DNA of 64,000 bases from Anthoceros angustus (Eukaryota > Plantae > Anthocerotophyta), in contig MU008188.1 of assembly GCA_010909165.1 (NCBI GenBank), forward strand, positions 434,001 through 498,000, read 5' to 3'. Each line of letters opens with the position of its first letter. Within the stretch, counting starts at the first letter, position 1. The notes under the pieces were generated by a model. That model was given only the letters and a program-made list of their open reading frames with translations, ran no database searches and was not told the origin of the DNA. This document shows, piece by piece, positions 34,701 through 47,082 of the stretch. The position numbers and the translations under genes were made by a program.

Positions 34701-35892
34701 GTAGATCTAGCAAGCTCATCCAGTCCCGCCACTCATCCCGAGTCATACTATCCGGTTTGACGCCTAACAACTTTATGGGCTTGATCCGCTTTTTCGCACT
34801 AGAACATTATACACTTGTTCTTTCCGTAACGGAAGTTAGTACCATCTAACTTCTCGATATTGAACATGACGCTCGACGATGAAGACATCATGACTCAAAA
34901 ATCGATACGATAAAACACTCGACTCGCCTTGTCGAAAAGTCAAAGAAGAAAGCCACCGCGGCGGTCCGTGTATTTTGCCGCTGACTATTCCACTCGAGTA
35001 ATCCCGAATCGTCGAAATTTTCGCCACCGCCCCGCCTCGGCCCGCCGCGCCCGCGCCGCGCCCGCCGCGCCCGCGCCGCGCCGCGCCCGCGCGCGGCCCG
35101 CGCCCGCGCCGCGCCCGCGCCGCGCCCGCGCCCGCGCGCGCGCGCCCGCGCCGCGCCCGCGCCCGCGCCGCGCCCGCGCGCCCGCGCCGCGCCCGCGCGC
35201 GGCCCGCGCGCGGCCCGCGCCGCGCCCGCGGCCGGCCGCGCCCGCCGCCTTTCACTGGGCCTCCTGTGCTTGGTGTTGCTCTGCCGAGCCGCCTCGGCCC
35301 GCGCGCCCGCGCCCGCGCGCCCGCGGCTGCGCGCCGCGCCCGCGGCTGGCCGGCGCTGGCCGCCCGCGGCCGGCCGCGCCCGCGCCGCGCCCGCGCGCGC
35401 CCGCGCCGCGCCCGCGGCCGGCCGCGCCGCGCGCGGCCCGCGCCGCGCCCGCCGCGCCCGCGCGCGGCCCGCGCCGCGCCCGCGGCCGCGCCGCGCCCGC
35501 GCCGCGCCCGCGCCGGCCGCGCCCGCGCGCGCGCGCCCGCGCCGCGATCCGATCACCCGCACCCACTAGCCGCCGCCAGCCCCGCACTAGAAAATTCTAG
35601 CATCACAACACAACCAAACCATGGCTCGATACCGCTTGAAGGATCGTGTGGCAACACATGATGGTGGAAAGAGGAGAGGAGAGGAGGAGGCAAGTGTAGC
35701 TCTCTCACATTGAGATGAGGCTTGAGGGTATTTATACCTCCAATAGCTCCCTAGAAGCTCCACAAGAAGCCCTAGGAAGGAGCACAAGAAGCTTCCTAGT
35801 GATTAGCTTCAGCTAAACTAATGATACTTAACTGACACCTAACTTAGACTAAGTGTATTAGTCTAAGTACATTGGGCTTTAATACCCTTACA
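31790..35892 (-). mobile_element. Ty1/Copia retrotransposon (Tnt1/Tork-like), 3'-truncated
   Basis: LTR 35637-35892 (TG..CA), degenerate tRNA-iMet PBS at about 35618-35636. Gag IEKLDGTNF, zinc knuckle CHYCHKRGHFKREC, GAG-pre-integrase LGHMS, integrase YFVTFIDDFSRKVWVY, RT KYKARLVAKGF and LYVDDMLI. Many 1-nt indels. Confidence 0.9.
35022..35546. repeat. Almost purely G/C low-complexity tract (CCCGCG/CCGCG units), probably a sequencing or assembly artefact
   Basis: About 520 nt nearly free of A/T, containing an embedded island (35248-35297) copied from 36446-36499. Confidence 0.7.
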
Positions 35893-36549
35893 CTCCGCAT
35901 GCTCCTCCTCCCGTCGTTTCTGCAGCTCGGCCAACTTGATGGCCATAACGCGGCGCTCCCCTTCCACCTTCCGCAGCTGGACCAATAGCTTCTACTCCTC
36001 TCTCAGAGCTCTCTCCCCGCCATTCATCCTTGCCTGGAGGGCCACCTTCCAGGCGGTCCGGCAGCTCCGCCCGGCTCCTTGCTTCCTCCAAATCCCTCTC
36101 CATCTCGGTGACGTCTGGGCCTCCGCCACCGAACTTCCTCCGCCTCCAACAGAAAATGGGAGCTCTATCTCCCTTTCGTGGTCCTCGATTCTTCCTTGAG
36201 GTCCCTGCCTTCCACTGCTACCTCGGAGTTGTAGCTGTGGTCTCCTTACGGCCCTCCGCCTCGGCTCCTCCGCCTTGTAATCGTGCGGAGATCTTCCATC
36301 TCCGGTGCTTCTCCTCTTCTTCACGGCTTGTCTGCTTGCTTCGCCGCCTTTCAGTTATTCATTACTGGCCACCCCACTGCCTTCCTCCACCGGCTCCGGC
36401 CCCACGGTAGTGGTCTCGGTCGGCCTTTCTGCCTCGGCCTCCAGCCCCTTTCACCTGGGCCTCCCAGGCTTGGTGTTGCTCCTGCCGAGCCGCCTCGGCT
36501 AGGTCCTTGGCCCTTTCCGCCTGCCTTCGGGCCTCCTCTGCCTCCTCTT
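35893..36549 (-). pseudogene. Distal part of the uncharacterised Glu/Arg-rich mobile ORF, cut by both Copia insertions
   Basis: EEAEEARRQAERAKDLAEAARQEQHQAWEAQVK continues in frame from 44894 across the CTCTT target duplication. Confidence 0.65.
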
Positions 36550-39500
36550 TAATGATATACAATGTTGATATCATAGTTAGGGTTTAAGGGTTTAAGTTAT
36601 CCATATATTACCAAGATATGATAAGCTAGGGTTTACTAGATATGGTGTCGTTTCATTAGGGTTACGTCTCTAAGTGAATAGATACAACGTTTCATTAAAT
36701 TTAGTTTTAGTTGTCTTTTCATGCATAAGCAACTTACTTCTTTCTTGATCCAACAATGTAATTATTCTATAATGTTTAATTGATCTACATTAGTCCATAA
36801 AATCTTCATGGTATCGAGCTAACCTAGTGTAGGTTGCATTCAAATGAATGCACATTGAAATGTGCATCGGAAAATATACAATGCTTTCTTTGATTGTTTT
36901 CTTGTTTTATAAATAAGTTAAAATCAAGAAACATAAGATAGAAAAGAATGGGTGCATTCTTGTTTTATTTCTATTTTTATTTTGATGAATTCATATAGAT
37001 TACGCAAGATCGAGATAGTCTAGCGCACTCCAGTTGAGTTGCTACTTTAGCAATTCAATGGAGGCACACTAGAGCATGCACGGTGGGAGTATATGTAAAA
37101 ATCATATAAAGAAAACAGAAAATGCAGAATTCGCATTGTATATACAATCGTGGCACATAGCCATGGAAAATTACATCTACCATAATCCCGGTGAATCCTA
37201 GGAGGAACAATCAAATCCAAGGCGGGATCGGCCTTGAAATGCCGAGACAAACCACAGCACATCAATTACATGGGCGCATCCTAGTGGAGCAACTTGCCCA
37301 AATCAAGCACAAGGAGACACATTGCGAGGAGCCTTCAACACACTTCTCGAATTGCTGTTCCCAACAGAGCTTGACTTGACATTCACAATTGGACAGCGCG
37401 CGGTGCAACATCAGCCACTTGCTGAGAACATACACCAACGCGGCTTCCTCACAACAGGCGTTGTACAATCTGTAGGTGTAAACACAATTGTTCAGCGTCT
37501 TGAGGCTAACAATAGGAATGTTGAAAACAGATGTCGTCAGATTTCAGGTCATGTCGCTTGGCTAGCATTGATCTGCAGGATTTGAAAGAGCAGCTAACAC
37601 ACTTAGATTACAAGCTTGTCTTGTGAAACGAGTTGTTGGCCAACCCAAAGATTCGTGAGGCAAAGATGCAAGCACGTAAGTAAAACTAAGCATGAAAGGA
37701 AGTTTGATACACCTAACTCTTGCCCTTCATGCTCCACTTACGCATTCAATAAGTTTGAGATGAGAAACTCTAAGATAGTTTGCATAGCGGTTTGGGAACA
37801 AACCATAGCGCCTGTGAGCTGCTGGAGCAACCACAAAACCAACACGCATTGTAAGTAGAATGTATGGATGGTGAGAATAGTGGCTACAGTGCCCATGATA
37901 GTGTTCATGCTAGTGACCGGAAGAAGACACATTAGAAAGCTTCTTCAATCAGAGGACAAACTCTTAGGAGTTCAGCAACCCAAAATGGGTGACACATCCT
38001 CTACACATAATTTTGAAGCGTGAGTCCTTCAAGGAGAAGGACAGTTCATGAAATGACTTTGACATCGGCTTATAAGAATGGAGGCGTTCTCGAAATGAGA
38101 GGCCTCCTCAAACATGCTCTTGGAAAAGTAGTGAAACCAGACGAGGATCTTGGAGAGGAAGAATGGTTAGCTAAGGACAGTGAGCCAAATACCTCATCTG
38201 TGTGGCCGACAACCGAGATGTTGAGGCGAGAGCAGGTGAATACTTGGCCGAAATCATGAATCGCCTAAAGGAACTCTACGCAGCGAACATGGTAAGCGCA
38301 ATGTGACTCTAAGGAATTTTCGTAACCTAAGGATGAAGGACGGTGACTCGGTGGAGAAACACGTGAGTACCTTGGACCCTAGCCTCACGGCTTGAGTGCC
38401 TCCAAAGTTGCCATTGGAGATGATGAGATGGTGATGAGGCTCCTTCTTTCGCTTCAGTCATGGTCACATTTCGTGACTTCTCATCTGTTGCTCAAACACA
38501 AGCTACGTTGTTAGCTAAAAGCAAGGCATAGAGATGCCCGAAATGAGCTTCTCACAGTGTGAGTTCCATCTTTGCAAGAAGAAGCCAGGACCAACCATAA
38601 GCGAGGAAACACAGGCCGTACACCTCACAACAAGGACGAGGAGGGAAGAAGCCCTTCTCCAAAGGAGGTGGTGGAAACTCTTCGTGGAGGTAGCTCGCGG
38701 ATCCTCACCCGGAAGAAAACAAAGCCGTGAACACAATGTGCAAGCGCCATTGGGAAAAAGAGTGCATAAAAGCGGTGGAGTTCCTCGCAAGGAGGGAACC
38801 ACGAATCAAATGTTGTGGTAAAAAGGTTAATACCCCATCGCTCTTACGGTTGGGACTAGGAGTTTGCTAGTCCATTCGCTTCCCACTTGTCTTTCCTCCA
38901 AAGTGAATCAAACCAACATGAATGGTTCTTAGAATCGTGCTATGCACATATCGCTTTGATAGGAATGAATTTAAAACATACTGATCGATCAATATGTTTA
39001 CCTTGGGGACGATAGGTCTCTAGTCTCTCACGGTCGTGTACAGTTGAGTTAATAGTTCCTCGGAAACACACTCAAGTTAGAAGATGTCTACCATGTGCCC
39101 GAGATGACTAGAAACACGATCTCATTAGAAGATTGAATGCCGAAATAATCGGTCATGTCGCTTGGCTAGCATTGATCTGCAGGATTTGAAAGAGTGCTAA
39201 CACACTTAGATTACAAGCTTGTAATGTTCTTTGAAACGAGTTGTTGGCCAACCCGATTCGAGGTAAAGATGCAAGCACGTAAGTAAAACTAAGCATGAAA
39301 GGAAGTTTGATACACCTAACTCTTGCCCTTTATGCTCCACTTACGCATTCAATAAGTTTGAGATGAGAAACTCTAAGATAGCTGCACGCATAGCAGTTTG
39401 GGAACAAACCATAGCTGCACGCAGAGCTGCCTGGGAGCAACTACAAAACCAACACGCATTGTAAGTAGAATGTATGGATGGTGAGAATAGTGGCTACAGT

Positions 39501-42500
39501 GCCCATGATAGTGTTCATGCTAGTGTTCATGCTAAGAAGACACATTAGAAAGCTTCTTCAATACTGTAGAGGACAAACTCTTAGGAGTTCAGCAACCCAA
39601 AATGGGTGACACATCCTCTACACATAATTTTGGAAGCAGTGAGTCCTTCAAGGAGAAGGACAGGTTCAACGGAAATGACTTTGACATCTGGCTTATAAGA
39701 ATGGAGGGCGTTCTCGAAATGAGAGGCCTCCTCAAACATGCTCTTGGAAAAGTAGTGAAACCAGACGAGGGATCTTCGGGAGAGGAAGAATGGTTAGCTA
39801 AGGACAGCGGAGCCAAATACCTCATACGCAGTGGCCTGACAACTGAGATGTTGAGGCAGACAGCAGGGGTGAATACTTCGGCCGAAATCATGAATCGTCT
39901 AAAGGAACTCTACGCAGGCCAGAACATGGTAAGCGCAATGACAGCTCTAAGGAATTTTCAGAACCTAAGGATGAAGGACGGTGACTCAGTGGAGAAACAC
40001 GTGAGTACCTTCAGGACCCTAGCCTCACGGCTTCAGGGTGCCTCCAAAGTTGCCATTGGAGATGATGAGATGGTGATGAGGCTCCTTCTTTCGCTTCCAG
40101 AGTCATGGTCACATTTCGTGACTTCTCATACAGCTGCTCAAACACAAGCTACGTTGTTAGCTAAAAGCAAGGCATAGAGATGCCTGAAATGAGCTTCTCA
40201 CAGCTCGTGAGTTCCATGCTGCAAGAAGAAGCCAGCAGGACCAACCATAAGAAAGCAGGGAAACAACAGGCCCTGTATACCTCACAACAAGGACGAGGAG
40301 GGAAGAAGCCCTTCTCCAAAGGAGGTGGTGGAAACTCTTCCAGGGGAGGTAGCTCTGGCGGATCCTCACCCGGGAAGAAAACAAGCTGTGAACCCGCAAG
40401 CGTGCAAGCCGCCCGCCATTGGGAAAAAGAGTGCAAAAAAGGTGGAGTTCCTCGCAAGGAGGGAACCACGAATCAAATGTTGTGGTAAAAAGGTTAATAC
40501 CCCATCGCTCTTACGTTGGGACTAGGAGTTTGCTAGTCCATTTCCCACTTGTCTTTCCTCCAAAGTGAATCAAACCAAGGAATGGTTCTTAGAATCGTGC
40601 TATGCACATATTTGCTTTGATAGGAATGAATTTAAAACATACTGATCGGTTCGATCAATATGTTTACCTTGGGGACGATAGGTCTCTAGTCTCACTGGTC
40701 GTGGCACGTTGAGTTAATAGTTCCTCCGGAAACACACTCAAGTTAGAAGATGTCTACCATGTGCCCGAGATGACTAGAAACGATCTCGTTAGAAGATTGA
40801 ATGCCTCATGTCGTGTTCACAAGAATGCATTAATCATAGATGCATTTGACCCTAGAAAGGTACTTGCGCATGGGTCTTGGACCATGATCCGCTCCGTCTC
40901 CATTTGCACAGTAGCAGAGTCCCACGACACAAGACGTCCCCTTGCATCCGCACAACAAACGGCAAAGGCTCGGTTGTGGCATGCACGCCTAGGTCATCCT
41001 CACATGGCAAAGCTACAAAATTGGCATGAGTGACAGTATCAAGATGGACCTATTGGCCCCTTGACTCCTATACCCTTATGTGAGGCTTGTGTTTTGTCGA
41101 AGAAACACCAAGCGCCTTCAAGAACAAAGCACCTCACCGTGCTTCGATGTACTTGAGCTTGTACATCGATTTGTGTGGACCCTTATCTCAAGCGTCCATT
41201 GGTGGTGGGCGTTATTTCTTAACGTTCTGATGACAAAAGCGATTTGTCACCACCTACATCCCAAGAACAAGAGCGAATGTTTCTCCTATTTCAAGGAATA
41301 CATCAAGTTATTTGAACGTTGGACAGAAAGCGCTCAAGACACTAAGATCGAGACAATGGCGGGAATTCACCTCTAATGAATTCCAGCATTGTAAAGATGA
41401 AGGCATTGACGTCAACTCACGATGGTATACACTCCCCGGCGAATGGAGTGGCGAGGCGTTTGAATCTCACTGCAGGAGATGGTCTCCTCATTCGCATGAT
41501 GCTCAAGCGCCTTACCTTCGGCGAGGCTTTGATGACCTCAACCTTTCTTGAACAGTTACCCACCACACAGTCGAAGGCAAAACTCCTTATGAAGCTTTTA
41601 CGGCCATCCATCCAAAGACTTGAGGACGTTTGCCTTGCATATGCCTTCATACAGACGAGCGAACCAAGCTTTCAAGGCAGCTGCTCATGTTGGGATACGG
41701 AAGGGATAAAAGCATATAAACTATATGATGTTCCTTCTAACAAGGTCATTTATGCTCAGTGTTACCTTGATGAAACAAAGACTTGGGCTTGGTGGGAGCA
41801 CATGTTCATGCTCGATGGCCGAGGATAGTCTTGAGCTTTCTCATTATGATCGGCGGATCATGGTCGAGCTCTGATGAAAATGTTCTGCGGAGGGAAAATC
41901 GCGGTGTTTGAAGAAGAACCTCGAAATTCACATTAATCCTCCTTTCCGATCATAACCGCTGTGCAATATATTTCGAGCTTGCCGTCAAGAATCACGGGCG
42001 AAGTCGATGCGACGAATTTGTGAAAACACGAGCTGAACTTGTACTATCGACCTCACCTTGACTTTCAATTTAGACCCACTTACAAGACACCATCCGAGGA
42101 GGTAATGACAACTCCATGTCGCTCGACAATGAGCATATTACGATTTTATACTTTCTCCCTCGTGATCAGAACGCTCAAAGCCTTGGCATAAGACTATGGT
42201 TCTCTGGTGGGGTTAGAGCATATGCTCATGTGAGAAATACATGTCTTGTAAGTGGGATATGTCGGGGAGTCGGGTTCTGAGTAGGGTACTGGCAAGACTA
42301 GCTCGGATTTTCACAAGTTCGGCGTGGACTATTTCATTCGTTGAAACGCCAACCATTCCTGTGTGCAATATCGACTTCAAGGACTATGTTGCACGGCAAG
42401 CATTCTTGAATGAATGTGATCGACATAGGCAGTTATGTAGTCAAAGGAGGATTATGTAGGTAAACTTATCAAGATGCGGGTTGAAGCGATGCGCAATGGC

Positions 42501-44888
42501 TTGGAGCAGAACTTGATCTGAGCTTTTAGTATTAGGTTTCACCAAAAGCCGAGCGGATGGTAGCTGTACATCTACAAGAAAGGTGACATCGTCTGTTACC
42601 TAGCAGTCTATGTAGATGACTGATCTTGTCAAATATGATCGGGTTTATCCAAAAGATTCTTGACACCGCAACTAAGTTTAAGATGTCCGACCTTGGTGAT
42701 CTTGAGTTGTCTTGGTATACATGTTCGTGAGCAGGAAGCGAGTTATCACACTCTCACAACCAAGATACATACTCGAAAGTGCGAGCACTAGGTTTGAAGG
42801 ATGCAAAGCCCTACACCCCTACCAAGTGGAATCAAGCTAAGTTCAAATGTCCCCACAAATGTAGAAGGAAAGGATGTTAGCCGTACCTTATAGGCAGTGT
42901 TGGAAACTCATATATGCAGCAAACACTACTCGTATGGAAGTTGCCTTTGCTACTAGCGCTCTCTCACAGTTCCTGGAGAACCCAGGCCAAGAGCACTGGA
43001 CAAGCATTAAAAGAGTCTTTAGATACTTGAAGGGGACACCACATCGAGGATAAAATATTGCCACACACAGGAGCAACTTGAACTTGAGGTCTTCACCGAT
43101 TCGACTATCTTTGGAAACGTGGACAACAGAGATCTGTTTCTTACGTTGTGAGCATAGCGGTGGACCGATTCTTTGGATGAGCAAGAAAGCGCCAGTTGCT
43201 CTCTCTCGGTCGGTGAATATAGAGTCCTTCTGACTTGCAAAGAGATCATTTGGTGCAAACTACTCCTTAGCGAAATGGGTATACCATTACCTACATGTAC
43301 GCTCATAAGGACCCGGGGCTCCATGTCACTTGCTCGAACCCGGTATTTCATGCAAGGACAAAGCATATCGAGGTTGAGTATCATTTTATCGAGACCTAAT
43401 CAAGGCGGTAAAATCAACCTCGAGTATGTGGCAACGCAAGACAATCCAGCAGACATATTGACTAAGGCTCTAGGAAAAGAGCTTCACGAGAAACATGTTA
43501 AAAGTCTTGGCCTTGGAGACTCCTCGGAGTTCCTTGGCGATGCGACAAAGTAAAATCCATGCATGGAACTCTAACTACACCGAAGGAAGAGTGTTCATCA
43601 TCTGTGTAGTCATTAAAAAGAGTCTCATCACGAGACCTGAGAGAGTATGAGTCCCCACAGACTCACTCCGAGGCAGCTGACTCTCATCTTCCTCCTCTTG
43701 GAAGGATCGGACTCAAGGAACGGTGGGTCTTCTCACGCCTTCTTGCCTTGCACGAGATTGTCTTGTTGGAGGTCGACTCTTCTTCGATCGTATGTTAGAT
43801 CCTGCACAAGCATGGGAGCTAGGTTAGCTCTCACACACACACACAGCGAAACATCTTTGTGGAATGGAATTTGGGACTTACTATACGTGCTAACAACATG
43901 GTGAGGATCGCCCGGCAATCTTCAACTTTGATACGGCGCATCTTTTATCGCCACATGAACCCTATACCACATAGGGGTGCGAGGGTGCTTCATGGTGCCG
44001 TAGGAGACAATTTGGGTTTCCTTGAGCAGTCAGAGGCTTGGGAAAGCTTAGGTCCTCACAAGGGTTAGCCGTTCTCGAAAAGCCAAAATCGGGGTGAACA
44101 TGTGCGGATTTGCTTTTACTCTTGTTGCTCTTGGCCTAGAAGGAGTGACACGCAAGAAGGGCCGCCCATGTTTCTTGTTTAGCTGCAGCCTCTGCGTCGC
44201 TAAACTCCTTGGTGGTTCCTTTGGGCGCCACGTCTCTCTTCACGCCCCTTTAATTGCGGGTTCGAAGTCTCCTCTTGTCGCAGTGCTCTAGCAACCGCCT
44301 AGAGCATTTCTGCTGCGGTTTCTTGGGCAAAGTACCCTCGGACTACGACGGTGGCGCCATCTCGATATGGCTCAGGAGTGAAAACCTTCTCTCAAGGCGA
44401 TCGATGCATATGAGGCAAAGAGCGTAAAGGAGAATTATAAAGGGAGCCAACCACTCATTGGCTTCACCTTTGGTACTTGACATTCCATAGTGTCCGTAAA
44501 AGACATGAAGATGGGGCGTAAAGCTCTACCACCACAATATGGCAAAACCAGAAGATTGGAAAACCCGGAGCTCAACTCACAGCAATTCACGGTGAAGGGG
44601 GTTGTACTAACTATTTACAACAAGTGGGAGTAATGATATACAATGTTGATATCATAGTTAGGGTTTAGGGTTTAAGTTATCCATATATTACCAAGATATG
44701 ATAAGCTAGGGTTTACTAGATATGGTGTCGTTTCATTAGGGTTACGTCTCTAAGTGAATAGATACAACGTTTCATTAAATTTAGTTTTAGTTGTCTTTTC
44801 ATGCATAAGCAACTTACTTCTTTCTTGATCCAACAATGTAATTATTCTATAATGTTTAATTGATCTACATTAGTCCATAAAATCTTCA
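36550..44888 (+). mobile_element. Full-length Ty1/Copia retrotransposon with non-canonical TA...CA LTRs and 5-bp TSD CTCTT
   Basis: LTRs 36550-36808 and 44631-44888 are identical except one indel. PBS tggtatcgagc at 36809, PPT aagtgggag at 44622-44630, TSD ctctt at 36545-36549 and 44889-44893. Gag (RFNGNDFDIWLIRME), LWHARLGH, integrase, RT (LAVYVDD) and RNase H (EYVATQDNPADILTKAL, ends 43553). Confidence 0.93.
37547..40805 (+). repeat. About 1.6-kb tandem re-copy of the Copia leader and gag (37547-39141 vs 39151-40805)
   Basis: Both copies start ggtcatgtcgcttggctagc and end agaagattgaatgcc. The first copy has more indels. Confidence 0.85.
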
Positions 44889-44893
44889 CTCTT

Positions 44894-46720
44894 GGGCCAA
44901 TTCTCTTCGTCTGCAAAGGTTCTCCGCCTTTGCTTGTGCCTCTTGCGCTTGCTTCAGCTGTTCACGCAGCTGAAGGACCCTGGCCCGGTCTTGTTGAGCG
45001 GACCTTGCCTCGGCTCATGCCGGCCTTCTCCTCCTCGACTCTCGCGGGTTTCCGCCTTCCTATTGGCGCTTGGGCCGCCTCCGCTTTGTGGGCTCCACCA
45101 TCCCGTCTTGGTGGCCTCCACCTCCTTGGCCCTCTTGGCCGCTTGGGAGATTCCGTGAAGTCCGCCGCGAGCACCTCCGGGGTCTCTTCTGGGCCCCTTG
45201 GGAGATTCCGTGAAGTCGCAGCGGGCTCAGTACCACCCTGTCGTTAAGGACACATACACCTTGATCGGGGTGAGGGGGGGCTGGACTCAATCGGGACCTC
45301 AGTCTGAGTGGTGAGCTTCCACCTCCTTGGCCCTCTTGGCCGCTAGCTCCTTCTCTTGGGGCTCGGAGGTGGTGAGGGGTCCGATGGGGCTGGCTTGCCC
45401 CTCCCGTTGTCGCGGTGTCCTCCGCCCCCAGGCGCATCCTCTCCGCCTCCTCCTCTCCTCCTGCTTCCACCCGCCGTTGTGGCGGAGGCCCGGCATGATC
45501 TGAGCTGCATTGGTGGAGGCCGTCTTCCTCCTCTTTACCTCCCGCCTAGTCCGACGGGGTTCGGTGGCTGGGGCCGTTGTGGGCTGCTGGCTCGCTGGTG
45601 CCGCGACCACCAACTCCCTCCCTGTTGCAATCTCCTCCGGCGCAGGGTGCTCCGGTGGAGGGACTAAAAGGAGGGAAGCGGGAATTTCTTTCCATACTTC
45701 CCGGGGTGGCGAGGGGGTCCGTTCCAGACGTATGGAGTCCGGTATCCCCTCCCAATCCTCCTCTTCCAGGACTCGCCTGGCCTTGGAAGGGCGGCCCTCC
45801 GCCTCCGGTGCTCTCCCCTCGCGCTCCGCCTCGGGCAGGGCCACCAGACCCTTTCCGGAGCGCCCGCTCCTCCTCTCCTCCTTCGGAGGTTAAGGTGCCC
45901 ATGAATGATGAGGCACGCCGACGGGCGCTTCGCTCCATGACTTCTTGCCTCCTGGTTGATCCGGGCGAAGATGATTCTTCCCCAGTCGGCCCTCTTTCCT
46001 CTCTGTAGGGCGTGGAGGAATACCAGCAAGTTGTCACCAAGTGGTCCACCTTGGTGAGCATATTCTAGTGGACGATGATCTTCGCCACCGCCCTCACCCG
46101 CCTGTCCAGCAGGTCCGACATCAGCCACCCGTTCGAGGACCGCTGCGTCCCCGGCCTCAAGAGCGCCGCCCTTGCTGCTTCCACCTTCCCCTTCACCTTA
46201 AGGGGCTCCGGGACTATGCCCCCAACTTCCTCCGCTGGGCGGTTGTAAACCGCCCTCAGGACCTCTACGGTCCATCTCCTGGGGTCCTCCCTCAGATTCT
46301 TGAGCGGACCTCCTTGTTGGCCACCGCTAACATCTTCCGGGCGTATTCCCGGACCAAGGCGACGTTGTCGAAGGTCCAAACATCCTGGAAGATATCTAGG
46401 TGCCAGTCCTCCACCAGCTCCTCCGTCCCCGCCAACCAGGGTCCGAAATCCGGGTAGCGTTTGGTGACGATGTTCCACTCCACTAGGCGCCAGGGTTCCC
46501 AGACCTCCGCTTGGGCCCCATTGCTGTGCGCCTTTCGGATTGCTGTTGTGGCTTGAAGATCAATAGTTCTCCTTTTTCCCTCCGCCGCGTCAACCGCTTC
46601 GGTCGCGAAAGAGAGCCGCTCGTAGTTGCGCTCGGGCGCTCGAAAAGACAACGCCAGAGAGCAGGGTGTCTGAGCGCGAGTGACTGCGAAAACTGCCGCG
46701 AAGTCGCTCGAGAGAATGAC
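44894..46720 (-). pseudogene. Proximal part of the uncharacterised Glu/Arg-rich mobile ORF (homologue of the 23500-25400 ORF)
   Basis: ORF 46292-46651 contains YPDFGPWLAGTEELVEDWHLDIFQDVW..REYARKML, also recognisable at nucleotide level at about 23795-23910. Confidence 0.6.
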
Positions 46721-46721
46721 C

Positions 46722-47082
46722 TTCGTTCGGGGCCAAAGCGTCGGGATTGACCAACACTGTTTCTACGACAACCTTCTTCGCGTAAGCTGAATCCCTCAGG
46801 CGAGAGAGGGGGTCTGCATCCTTGATCGCGTCTTCCAGACGTTCTTCATCTGTCGAAATATGCACAGTTGGAATGGCTCCAACCTGGTCCGCCTGTACTG
46901 CCATTTTCTTCGCTTTCTTTTTCTTCCTCCCTGCCTCCGTGCTTCCACTATGTGGTTTCTTAGTGCCCTCCATGGAATCCAAAGTCGCAGCAGGACGCTT
47001 TCCCCTTGAGACCCGTTGGTGATCGATTCTTCCTGAGAGGAGGGCACCCGCCGCCTCCTTCCTTCCTCCCAATAACATGCTA
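46722..47082 (-). pseudogene. Downstream half of an interrupted ParB-MTase-family paralogue (target gene of the TIR element)
   Basis: RKKKKAKK..ISTDEERLEDAIKDADPLSRLRDSAYAKKVV matches cargo gene 58375-58530 (KRKKKSRK..DDEERLEDAIR..AYAKKVV). It is truncated just before the ParB domain. Confidence 0.7.

Noticed and set aside
34836-35661. Arg/Ala/Pro-rich ORFs on both strands
   Set aside because: They are products of the stop-free GC low-complexity tract and have no domain features.
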